Positions 20,964 to 30,625 of a stretch of 64,000 nucleotides of DNA are shown here, one piece after another. This DNA is from a virus. Under the pieces are notes generated by a model. It worked only from the letters and a program-made list of their open reading frames with translations. It made no database searches and was not told where the DNA came from. Location of the stretch: IMG/VR virus record IMGVR_UViG_3300029319_000007, one strand, 5' to 3'. Every line of letters begins with the position of its first letter. Positions within the stretch are counted from its first letter, which is position 1. The translations under genes and the position numbers were made by a program.

Positions 20964-21668
20964 CTACTGTATTGGTAAAAACCTAAAAGTTATTTCTGCA
21001 CTACTCGCTGGAGCAGTTTGAAAAGTTAGTGTTGTTCCTGATATTGTATAGTCGTCTGTAGGAACTAAACAGATACCATTTACAAAAACTAAAACATCAT
21101 TGACAGCACGACCACTTGTTATTGTAAATCCAGTAGTTGAACCATCACCTGTTGCTTTACTGTGTGTGTATTGTGCTGCTAGAGGATTAAATCCTGTAGC
21201 AGTACCACTATTTACTATTGAACTGCCTGATAAGATAGTAAAAGTATTAGCAGTAAATCTGAAATCATCAGCACCTGCAATCTTAATATCAATCTGATCG
21301 TCTGTATCTGCGGTAATACTTGTATCACCATCAGCGTCTAATATTAACTCTGTTCCATTATAATCTGCTATATTAGCAAATGCTTCATTACTAAAAGTTG
21401 TTATAACATATATTTCTGCTGAAGCAACTGGCGCACTAGAGAATGTAATTCTTTTTAAATCACCTGATCCATCTACCCCTAATGTGTACGCTTTACCACT
21501 ACCTGGTTCTTGTCTAACATTTTCAACAAATACTTGTAAAGCATTCTCACCACCCGCAGGTACTTTGTTTGCTAAATCAAATGTTGTTGTAGAACCGTCA
21601 CCTGTAAAAGTATCCTTTGTAGGTGCAACTCTAAAGTTAGATGTTGGTCTTGAACCTATATACGCCAT
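20964..21668 (-). CDS. Tail fibre/virion structural protein
   Basis: Two GDGSTT.F..VFV.NV/GI.Q/L.P..Y..FxxAP repeats; shares LILDADxDTxIT..DDQIDIKIA with 19208-20212. Confidence 0.7.
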   Translation of the reverse strand: MAYIGSRPTSNFRVAPTKDTFTGDGSTTTFDLANKVPAGGENALQVFVENVRQEPGSGKAYTLGVDGSGDLKRITFSSAPVASAEIYVITTFSNEAFANIADYNGTELILDADGDTSITADTDDQIDIKIAGADDFRFTANTFTILSGSSIVNSGTATGFNPLAAQYTHSKATGDGSTTGFTITSGRAVNDVLVFVNGICLVPTDDYTISGTTLTFQTAPASSAEITFRFLPIQ

Positions 21669-21683
21669 TCGTTAGTCCTTTTT

Positions 21684-22055
21684 TTACACATCTTCTAGTA
21701 CAGATACAATACCGTCAGCGGCACTTGCTGTACTTGAAGTCATTTTTAATACATCACCGGCAGATCCACTATGTTGTAATACAAGTTTGTTTCCTGACAT
21801 AACCTCTAGTGAGGAACCTGCAGGAATACTTGCGTCTTTCACAACATAAACATCATCACTCGCACCGCCAAGAGCGTCAATAAATACATCACAAGTTATA
21901 CCTGCTGTTGATTTGTTTGCAATAGTGATTCCGATGACTATACTTTCTAATGCTGAAGAACCTGACCCGGCAGGCACAGTATAGACTGTACTACCTGAAG
22001 CACCTTCTCCAGTACCTATGTCTTTTTTGACAAATCTTTTAAAATCGTTAGCCAT
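21684..22055 (-). CDS. Small virion structural protein
   Basis: MANDFKR..YTVP..IPAGSSLEV..GNKLVLQ. Confidence 0.65.
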   Translation of the reverse strand: MANDFKRFVKKDIGTGEGASGSTVYTVPAGSGSSALESIVIGITIANKSTAGITCDVFIDALGGASDDVYVVKDASIPAGSSLEVMSGNKLVLQHSGSAGDVLKMTSSTASAADGIVSVLEDV

Positions 22056-22080
22056 TTGTTATCCTTTTTACTATTTATAC

Positions 22081-22983
22081 TTATCCTAATGCAACCGCCT
22101 GAGCAATTGCGAAAGCATTTGTTGCTAATGCAACACCGCCTTTTGTAATGTTTCCAGCCTCAATAGTTCCAGTCGTTGTCAAATTCTCATTACCAAATGA
22201 TATTGCACCTGAACTATCTGTTATAGAACCACCTGTGACTGTTAATATTGCTGATCCAGTTGTATCAGCAAAACTTGTTGATGATGTTCTTGCAAGGTTA
22301 CCCATAAGAGAGTGTGAAGAACATTGATAATACAATCTTTGAGGCGTTGCAGTTGATACTACTATTTGTGTATATGCACCTGAACTACCTGGTGTACCAT
22401 TTGTTGTGACACCTGTTGTATATTGTGTATTTTTTCCAGAATCTAGATAGAATGCTAATGGGTGTGAACTATTAGAACTATCTGATTGATCAAATCTATA
22501 TGTATTACCTGGTTCAAATTGTATGAAAGGTGCTTCTACACCATTAAGAGTATATCCTAATGATGAACCTGAACCATGGTATATATGAGCAGATGTTTTA
22601 GTTATTCTCTTTACTTCAATTTCTGTATATGTATTTGAACCATCAGCATTATGTTGTGCCCCTAATAAATCAAAGTAAACATTTTCTGATACATCATTTG
22701 CAATCGCAAGTGTTAAAGTATCAGTTGCACTTACAGTAGCAGAAATACTTGTGCCTGTGACTAATAAAGTATTACCTGTGACAATTGTTTGTGTAGTAGA
22801 ACCATCAGATAAAGTAAAACCAGTACCAGTTATACTAGTATTAATTTCATTTACTGCTGCTACAATCGAACCTTTAGCAGTTGTGCCTAAAGATGATAAG
22901 TCACCAACATCAGTACCTAACGAATTAAAAGTCGTTCTAAAATTATCTAATGTTTGTGTCGTTGCTACACTTCTTACTGCCAT
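22081..22983 (-). CDS. Baseplate/fibre-attachment structural protein
   Basis: TLDNFRTTFN N-terminus; GNTYRFDQSDSSNSSHPL..LYYQCSSHSLMG domain; ends AIAQAVALG. Confidence 0.65.
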   Translation of the reverse strand: MAVRSVATTQTLDNFRTTFNSLGTDVGDLSSLGTTAKGSIVAAVNEINTSITGTGFTLSDGSTTQTIVTGNTLLVTGTSISATVSATDTLTLAIANDVSENVYFDLLGAQHNADGSNTYTEIEVKRITKTSAHIYHGSGSSLGYTLNGVEAPFIQFEPGNTYRFDQSDSSNSSHPLAFYLDSGKNTQYTTGVTTNGTPGSSGAYTQIVVSTATPQRLYYQCSSHSLMGNLARTSSTSFADTTGSAILTVTGGSITDSSGAISFGNENLTTTGTIEAGNITKGGVALATNAFAIAQAVALG

Positions 22984-22984
22984 T

Positions 22985-23203
22985 TTACTTTACCAATTTT
23001 CCTAATAATTCTTTTATTTCAGATAACTCTGCTTTTAAATTATTTATTTCTCTTACAGCATATCTCAAATCATTATTACTTTTTCTTGCCTCTCTAACTC
23101 TTTGCATATAAATTGAATAGGCATTTTTATCTGTGTTCACAATACCATTAGATACTCTTTCTCTTACTAATGATGTGTGCCCTTCTACTTTTATATAACT
23201 CAT
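22985..23203 (-). CDS. Conserved small protein downstream of the VrlC-like gene
   Basis: IKVEGHTSLVRE..GIVNTD, C-terminal coiled coil. Confidence 0.7.
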   Translation of the reverse strand: MSYIKVEGHTSLVRERVSNGIVNTDKNAYSIYMQRVREARKSNNDLRYAVREINNLKAELSEIKELLGKLVK

Positions 23204-26200
23204 TATATTGCCAATGCTATTGTTCTCATATCTTTTATTCTAGGTGGATATGCAGGGTTAGTTGCCTTCATTACTATTTTAATTTTAAATGACCCGAACT
23301 CAGGTATGTCTGTTTCACCATAATTGAAGTCAAAGAAATTTGTTCTATACGCTTCGTTGTAAGGTGACTGTGATCTTTCTTCACTATTTTGTAAAGTGTT
23401 TGATTGTGTCATTTCAACATAAGGTATTTCACTCATAGGTGTTTCATCATCTGGTGCTCTTGTCTTACGATACACTTCAATCTCTGATGTAGGAAAAACA
23501 TTTGCTGCTAGTCTTACTTCAAGAGCAGTTGAAGGATTTTCTAGTGTGACTTCTCTCGTTATATATTTTGCAGCAGCACTACCACCATCTGGATCTGTTT
23601 CTGCTATGAAACCAGTTGTATTACTATTAGTAGGACTATCTACTTTGTTATGAATACATAATACATTTGTTCTATTTAAATCAATCACAGGTGATAAGTT
23701 TGGATTTGCAGTTATCATTTTAATTTGATAATCAAAAGATTTAGCACTTGATAAGTAAGTTGTTTCATTTATACCACTTAGTATTGCTTTTGCACTTGTG
23801 AAATAATAGTTATCGTTTGCAATAACATTTGTAAATGTTGTATCTTTTGAATATGCAGTTTCACTACCGTGTATTGATTGTGTAGTTGTTGTTTTAACAG
23901 AATGTGAAACATCTGTCTCTGGTAAAATTAATTGACCTATTTGAGGTTGTATAACTTCGTAAGCACGATCTTGTGTTGCAACAACAACAGTACCACCTAC
24001 AGCACCAGTTGATGTTGCAGGGTCGCCTGATAATGTGATTGTGTATGTATCCTCTGTGACATTGCCTATACTATGTGTGCCGTTAATAACACTACCTGCA
24101 ATACCATTAAAGTCACCTGTACTTGATAAACCAGATATTGTGACTTTACTTGGACTACTATCATTCATACCGTGACCTGGGTGTTTAATTCGAATAATGT
24201 TAGGGTTACCACCAAAAGCAGAACCACTACCTGAACTACTATCTGTCTCAATAGGATTATTACCTAATGTTTTACTTGCGACAGTATCGTTTGTTAATAA
24301 TAAAGTACCCTCTGTATCAACTGTAAATTGTGCTTGATATAAAGTAAACTTTAAATCTTCCATTTGATCTTCTGTCCATAGTGTTGTGTTTTGTGAACGG
24401 AAGAAAGAACCTAGTAAAGGTTGTTGTGAAACTCGTCTATCACTTCCTAAAATATTATCACCTAATCTAGAAACAAATGCTTTATATTTTTGACTGTCAG
24501 GTTTTACTATAACAGCATATTCTTTACCACCTTGTAAGAATACAGGACTAGAGAAAGTAAATGTTGTTGCACTTGAAGCGTCAGTTGATGTATTAACTGA
24601 ACTTGGGTTTAGTATTACTTCACTAAATGGTACAATTCTAGTGCCTGGTCTTCCTTCAACTGTTTCTACAAGATATACTTTTACAGGTATATTATCGTCT
24701 TTTGTTTCAAAGTATAAATCTATTTTTGAAACAAATGCACCCTCTAAATCATTTATGAAAAATGATTGTGCGATAGGATCTCTACGCCTTCTCGCTCTAC
24801 TACCTCTTGCATTTCTTCTTCTTCTTCGTCTTCTAAATGTTGGTTGATTATTACCACCGCCTCCGCCGCCTCCGCCACTTGATGGTGGATTACTTACAAC
24901 GGTTGTCACACGATCTACTGTTCTTCTTGCTTCTTCTTGTGAAACTGTTTCTGATCTAATAATTGGCACCCTTGTTGATTGTATTGTTTGTTCAGTAGTG
25001 ACTTGTAAACCACGAGCAGTAAATGTGCCTTCTGCAAAAGTATCAACGCTATCATCATCACTTGCATTTGTTGATGAACTTGTTAATCTGAATATTCTTT
25101 CACCTATTCTAAATCTAACTGTATCACTATTAGGTATTGTAAATGTTCCTGATACAGCACCGTTTGCGTCAGTAGTTAACGCACCGCCAAGAACACCAGC
25201 ATTTGGTGTGACACTTGTTGATACATCTTCATTATCAAAGAAAGGAAAAACTCTAGTATTAGGTTTTAATCTAGTTGCAGTAAATGTAATTGTTTGAGAA
25301 CGAATGAAAGGTATAAATGCAACATCAACTACACGATTACCAAATGATTGTGATATAACATTTGAACCTGCAATCGATCTAGTAATACCTGTTCTTGTTG
25401 CTGTTCCTGTTCTACCTTGTACAGTTGTTGTTGTATTACCTGATGATGATCTATTTGTAAATCTACCTGTCCAGTTAGTTTGCCATTCATTCCATACAGT
25501 ACCAAAACTATTTGTACCTGCTGTTAAAGCAGTCATAGTATCAAATAAATTTTCATCATTTATAATTAAGTCAGGTCTTCTATCGATATCTTTCCATTCG
25601 TCTGTATCTGGTGATAATGAAATCTCACCTTGATATTGAAATACTAAGAAAGGATTACAGTTTACTGATTTAGTTGCAAATTCATTTTCAACCATAACAG
25701 CATGTGTATAAGGTAGTGTTATCATGTCACCAGTTTTTTGATAACCTTGACCACTTCTTAAACTATCTGTATTGAATGATGAACTCTCAATTAATTTTAC
25801 TTGATCAGTAAAGTGTGTAGGTCTTAACTCACCTTCTACCATATCAATACCTGCTCTGTACTCAGACGATCTAACATCGCCTACATTATGACCTTTGAAA
25901 CTATCAACTATAATACCATTTTTAAATCTATCTAAACCTGTCACAGCGTCTTGTATCTGTGTGTTGATTGCTTGTTGTTCTAATAATGAGAGTTGAGTAT
26001 AGTATTCTACATTTTTAATTCTTGTTTCAAGTTTACCTATATCTCTCATTGTGAATCTTCTATTATCAAGCGGTGTCACTATTACATCATCAGTAGAAAA
26101 AGTAAACGCTGGTAAATGTAAATAATATAATAACATAGCGTCATCAACTATATCAGGTCTTTGTGGGTCTATTGCACTTTGTCCTAATAGTTGTTCAAAT

Positions 26201-29193
26201 TCACCATCTTTAGTTAAAACAACTCCGTCTGTTCTTGCAAGATAAAATTCAAAGTCACTTGTAAGATCACTACCTGGTTTAGGCATATCAACAGCGGATG
26301 CGCCAGAGTTTACAAAATTCTTTGCACCTGTAGCGTCTTTATTATTGAAACCTACAACTTCACTATCGTCCGAAACTCTTGGTCTAAAATCAACACACTC
26401 TCTTAATTCTAATAATCCTTTTGATGGACTATCAAAAGAAGGAATGTTTCCGTATGAAACAGCACCTGAATAACTATCTACACTAAAGTAATCTCCTGCC
26501 CCATGTGAGAAGAAATCAAATGTAATTAATAATCTACCAGTTGGCGCTAGAGCACCAGGTTTTCTAATAATAGAACCTATATCATAGAAACTATCTCTTT
26601 GACCATTATCTAAATCAAATCTATCTGTAATATCTGTATCACTTGTTGTTGCTGCTGTACTAAAGTCTGCTGCCATATGTACAGATTTTAAAGCAAATAT
26701 ATCTGCCTTACCTAAACTTATTCTACTTTCACTCGCTAGTGCTAATGTATTTACAGTTGTAGTTGAATCTGAGGATAGAGTTTTTGTTTTTTCACCTGCA
26801 ACACTTCTTGTTATAGTTGCTGATAATTTTACTTTTGCTGTTCTAAAGTTAGCACCTAAATCTACTGATAACTGTCTACCTGTTGGAGTACCTGTTAAGG
26901 TAAAGATTGCTGAACCCTCATGGTTATTACCAGAAAGAGAAACAAGATCACCAACAGCACCTGAACTTGCACCTGCAGTCATTATATGTAAAGTAAAGTC
27001 TGCCTCACTATGACTATCAAATGTTTCATTTGCACCTGCATTGAATGTAGCAGTACCATTTGAATCTAAAGTCTCTACAAATGTTCTTCTTACTTTATGA
27101 CTTGTATCTGTAATACCTGAGTTATCGTCTGTTTTTAAAGTCTTAATAACATTAGCAGGTAGTTTGTAGATAAGTGAGTTTTGATCTACATTATTTAATT
27201 TTGCTCTTCTTCTTCTAATTGGTGAAGCAGTTGTAATATCTGCTGATCTTGTTGCAGTTGCGATTGTTAATGCAGTATCACTTGTAATAGCAGAAACAAC
27301 AGCAGTAAGTGTTTCACCTGTGTTGTCAGTAAATTCTATTACATCACCAGTAATTAACTCACTTGTGAATCTTGTATTTTGACCTACAGCGGTAGTATCA
27401 TTATTACCAAATGTAATTGTACCTGATAATGTTTTAAAACTATCGTCAGTTGTATCAGCAGCACTTGTTGATAAAACTGTGTCTGCTGTAAATACTGGAT
27501 CACTTGCTTGTGAAACTTGTTTTACATCAGCAATAGTATAAGTCTGAACACCGTTTCTATCAGTTGCATTTGCTTTTACAGTAGCACTATTACCTGTTTC
27601 GTCTGTGACTGTTTCACCTGATACGAATGTGCCTTTTACATTTGAAAGAATATATAACCCAGCAGCGACAGAAGTTGCTTCAATAATACCAGTTGCACCT
27701 GATGTGCCGCCTGTTAATGTTTCTCCTGCTGCTAAAGTAAATGAACCAGTTGTCACAACATGAGTAAACATGTCAACATTAAATAAACCTAATTTATATA
27801 CTGAGGTTGTATTACTTGAAGTTGCACCTGCTGTGCCTGATTTGTATTCAAAGAATCTAGGTTTTGCACGACCTATTGTATGTAAGTCAGTTGATGAACC
27901 TACATTTGCAGTACCTCTACTTGATGTTGCTTCTTTTAATAAAGTTATTTCTTTAAATGCCTCAGTCTCACCTGATACTGTGCCTAAGTCAGGAAGACCA
28001 TGAATGTTTGTGACATCTAAAAACGAACCTATATTTAATCTTGTTGTTGAGTTGTTAACTGTTTGTACATCTCTTGCTTTTTGTATTGTTAAAAATTTTG
28101 TACCTGTAGTTTCTAATTCATAACCTTTTACATATGCTTTGCCTGGTGAGAAACCTAAGGCAAGTCTTGCTTCAGATTCAGTCGCCGTAAACTCACCACT
28201 CTCATATTTACCACTACTATCAGCAGTATAGATACCACGATTTGAACCATCATTCTTATGTTCTCTTACATCTAAATCAAAAGGTCTAATTACATAATCA
28301 CCACTTTCGTCTGATGTTCTTCGAGCAAGTGTTTCTTCTAAAATATTGTAATCTGTTCTTTTAACTATTCTTTCAATGTCACCATCATTAACTCTTAATA
28401 CTTCTACAAAGTTAGTATCGTCTGTAGCAGTTAAACTTTTCTTCGCAAGTGTTAATGCGATTTTAAATCTGTGAGCACCTGGGGCATTAATGTTTGATGT
28501 GCCTTGTGCATTATCATTTAAATTAGTATCATCTTCTGGTGTGACAAAACTTTCTGTGACTGTGAAACCTACTCTAAATGTAGGTGAGTTTGAATATGCG
28601 TCTAGTATTAAAGTTTCTTCATCATTCTTTACAAAGAAACCATTTATGAAATATACACCTTCTTCTACTTTTACAGCACTTGCTAAACCTGTTGCATTTG
28701 AACTTGTAGGTAATGAAGTGCCTGAAGTACCAACAACAGCAGTAAAGGCAGTACCTTCACTAGTTGTACCTGAAAGTGTTTCACCTTCTGTAAATGTTGA
28801 TGATGTATTATTAGTTCCTGTCTTTGTGTATGTGACATATAAAGTTGCAGCAGCAGTTGAAGTTGCCTCACTTGTATTTGTAACCTCTGCAACAACACCT
28901 GATGTTTGTCCTGTTAAAGTTGTACCTGATATAGAAGCAGCAGTTGATGTTGTATGACTTGCTAATTTTACATAACTATATTCTGCATTGTAGTTGACTT
29001 GACCAGGTATGACCATTGTGCCATCTTTGAAAAGATGTTGACCAAATCTATCTACTTGATTTTGTAATATTGATTGAAGTTGTGTTAACTCTCTACCTTG
29101 TACGGCAAAACCTGGTCGAAATAAAACTCTATGAAATTTATTACTCTCAGCAAAGTCATCATAGTAAGGTGATACATTAAAATTTGTTGCCAT
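23203..29193 (-). CDS. VrlC-like (DUF4815) large baseplate/virion protein
   Basis: NFNVSPYYDDF, VQGRELTQLQSILQNQ, LARRTSDESGDY, RFKNGIIVDSF, DPIAQSF, PRIKDMRTIALA. Confidence 0.9.
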   Translation of the reverse strand: MATNFNVSPYYDDFAESNKFHRVLFRPGFAVQGRELTQLQSILQNQVDRFGQHLFKDGTMVIPGQVNYNAEYSYVKLASHTTSTAASISGTTLTGQTSGVVAEVTNTSEATSTAAATLYVTYTKTGTNNTSSTFTEGETLSGTTSEGTAFTAVVGTSGTSLPTSSNATGLASAVKVEEGVYFINGFFVKNDEETLILDAYSNSPTFRVGFTVTESFVTPEDDTNLNDNAQGTSNINAPGAHRFKIALTLAKKSLTATDDTNFVEVLRVNDGDIERIVKRTDYNILEETLARRTSDESGDYVIRPFDLDVREHKNDGSNRGIYTADSSGKYESGEFTATESEARLALGFSPGKAYVKGYELETTGTKFLTIQKARDVQTVNNSTTRLNIGSFLDVTNIHGLPDLGTVSGETEAFKEITLLKEATSSRGTANVGSSTDLHTIGRAKPRFFEYKSGTAGATSSNTTSVYKLGLFNVDMFTHVVTTGSFTLAAGETLTGGTSGATGIIEATSVAAGLYILSNVKGTFVSGETVTDETGNSATVKANATDRNGVQTYTIADVKQVSQASDPVFTADTVLSTSAADTTDDSFKTLSGTITFGNNDTTAVGQNTRFTSELITGDVIEFTDNTGETLTAVVSAITSDTALTIATATRSADITTASPIRRRRAKLNNVDQNSLIYKLPANVIKTLKTDDNSGITDTSHKVRRTFVETLDSNGTATFNAGANETFDSHSEADFTLHIMTAGASSGAVGDLVSLSGNNHEGSAIFTLTGTPTGRQLSVDLGANFRTAKVKLSATITRSVAGEKTKTLSSDSTTTVNTLALASESRISLGKADIFALKSVHMAADFSTAATTSDTDITDRFDLDNGQRDSFYDIGSIIRKPGALAPTGRLLITFDFFSHGAGDYFSVDSYSGAVSYGNIPSFDSPSKGLLELRECVDFRPRVSDDSEVVGFNNKDATGAKNFVNSGASAVDMPKPGSDLTSDFEFYLARTDGVVLTKDGEFEQLLGQSAIDPQRPDIVDDAMLLYYLHLPAFTFSTDDVIVTPLDNRRFTMRDIGKLETRIKNVEYYTQLSLLEQQAINTQIQDAVTGLDRFKNGIIVDSFKGHNVGDVRSSEYRAGIDMVEGELRPTHFTDQVKLIESSSFNTDSLRSGQGYQKTGDMITLPYTHAVMVENEFATKSVNCNPFLVFQYQGEISLSPDTDEWKDIDRRPDLIINDENLFDTMTALTAGTNSFGTVWNEWQTNWTGRFTNRSSSGNTTTTVQGRTGTATRTGITRSIAGSNVISQSFGNRVVDVAFIPFIRSQTITFTATRLKPNTRVFPFFDNEDVSTSVTPNAGVLGGALTTDANGAVSGTFTIPNSDTVRFRIGERIFRLTSSSTNASDDDSVDTFAEGTFTARGLQVTTEQTIQSTRVPIIRSETVSQEEARRTVDRVTTVVSNPPSSGGGGGGGGNNQPTFRRRRRRRNARGSRARRRRDPIAQSFFINDLEGAFVSKIDLYFETKDDNIPVKVYLVETVEGRPGTRIVPFSEVILNPSSVNTSTDASSATTFTFSSPVFLQGGKEYAVIVKPDSQKYKAFVSRLGDNILGSDRRVSQQPLLGSFFRSQNTTLWTEDQMEDLKFTLYQAQFTVDTEGTLLLTNDTVASKTLGNNPIETDSSSGSGSAFGGNPNIIRIKHPGHGMNDSSPSKVTISGLSSTGDFNGIAGSVINGTHSIGNVTEDTYTITLSGDPATSTGAVGGTVVVATQDRAYEVIQPQIGQLILPETDVSHSVKTTTTQSIHGSETAYSKDTTFTNVIANDNYYFTSAKAILSGINETTYLSSAKSFDYQIKMITANPNLSPVIDLNRTNVLCIHNKVDSPTNSNTTGFIAETDPDGGSAAAKYITREVTLENPSTALEVRLAANVFPTSEIEVYRKTRAPDDETPMSEIPYVEMTQSNTLQNSEERSQSPYNEAYRTNFFDFNYGETDIPEFGSFKIKIVMKATNPAYPPRIKDMRTIALAI

Positions 29194-29202
29194 CTATCGC
29201 CC

Positions 29203-30594
29203 CTAAAACTCTATGATTAACTTAACATTCTCCGTTTGATCTGACGCTCTAGATATTGGTTTTCTATTTTCAATATAAAGAATATCACCAGTATCGTGTG
29301 TTAGTTCTGGTGTAGTGTCATGTGAACTCGGAGTACCTGTTGCACTAGAAGTAGCGCCTGTGACTGTATGTGTACTAGCAAATGCTACTAAGTTGCCATT
29401 GCTATCAACACCTTGATCTGCAAATTGTGGTTGTATGTATCTTAATACTTTTGTAGTAGAATTAAAATCAACAACAAAACCTACAGCACCAGTTGTTGCT
29501 TGTGTTATCTTTTCGTCTGCCTGAAATGAACCTGGTGTGCCACTAAATGTAATTGACTTAGTTGCGTCTAGTGTAGTTGCAGTTGCAGTTGAACCGGTTG
29601 TGCTATCAGTTGGGTTTCTTAATAATGATATTCTTCTAAAATCATTACCTGTACTGAAATCACCTGAACCATCTGCTTGTGTTAAATCAAGATTTGTCAT
29701 TACAAAGAAAGCACCTAACTCTGCAGGTATATCAGCAGCATGTCCGCCTGGTGGCGAAATAATAAAATCTATATCTGATCCTGATACATCGCCAAAGTCA
29801 CTTGCTTTGACACTTGCATATGTGTAACCTGAACCAGCAGTTGTGATTGTGACTGAACTCACGGCGTTTGATGAAACAACAATTGTTGCTTTACCACTTG
29901 ATCCATCACCACGAATATCTACACCTGTATAAGTACCGTTTGTTCCGCCTGATCCTCCAGCAGTAATTTTCACATGTTCGATTGCGCCAGCAGTCGTTGA
30001 GTAATCTGTACTCTCAGTTGAAGCATGTATGAAATCAGTTGACATAAAGTTTGCTTGTTCAGAAGCAGATAATGAATACATGTATTTCCATTTATAACTA
30101 TCACCAGTTGTGAATACACTTGTTGATTTATTACCTGATGGTTCTACTGTTGAAGCACCACCACTATTATTATCGATACATTTATATACATCAAATGTAC
30201 TATTCATTACATAGAAAGTTGCGTCATATAAAGAACTAGCACCACTATCACTTGTAATAGTTGAACCTGCACTATTGATATCACCATAGTCGTGTCTGTA
30301 ATAATCATATACTGTACCTGTAGTCCAGTTTCTTCTAGGTATCGCTAGTGTGACATCTGAAGATGTTAATTTTTTAGCAGATAGAAAATCATCATATGCG
30401 TAATATTCTACTTGTCCTACATCATCTACCGGTGTTGGTGGGGATGCGTCTGTTCCGTCATTAAATGCTTGATTGTCTGCGAATGCTTGAGGTCTACCTA
30501 TTGCCAGATAGTAAGTATCTGCGCCCTCACCAAAACTTTCTTCGAACTGTCTAGCATTGTGTAATCTAAAATCTTTTGTTATAATTGCTGGCAT
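29203..30594 (-). CDS. gp8: Baseplate wedge subunit gp8
   Basis: YLAIGRPQ, IPRRNWTTG, VYKCIDN, DSYKWKYMY, GDILYIENRKPISR. Confidence 0.9.
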   Translation of the reverse strand: MPAIITKDFRLHNARQFEESFGEGADTYYLAIGRPQAFADNQAFNDGTDASPPTPVDDVGQVEYYAYDDFLSAKKLTSSDVTLAIPRRNWTTGTVYDYYRHDYGDINSAGSTITSDSGASSLYDATFYVMNSTFDVYKCIDNNSGGASTVEPSGNKSTSVFTTGDSYKWKYMYSLSASEQANFMSTDFIHASTESTDYSTTAGAIEHVKITAGGSGGTNGTYTGVDIRGDGSSGKATIVVSSNAVSSVTITTAGSGYTYASVKASDFGDVSGSDIDFIISPPGGHAADIPAELGAFFVMTNLDLTQADGSGDFSTGNDFRRISLLRNPTDSTTGSTATATTLDATKSITFSGTPGSFQADEKITQATTGAVGFVVDFNSTTKVLRYIQPQFADQGVDSNGNLVAFASTHTVTGATSSATGTPSSHDTTPELTHDTGDILYIENRKPISRASDQTENVKLIIEF

Positions 30595-30625
30595 GTTTAC
30601 TCCTGAAACTATTTATACAACATAT

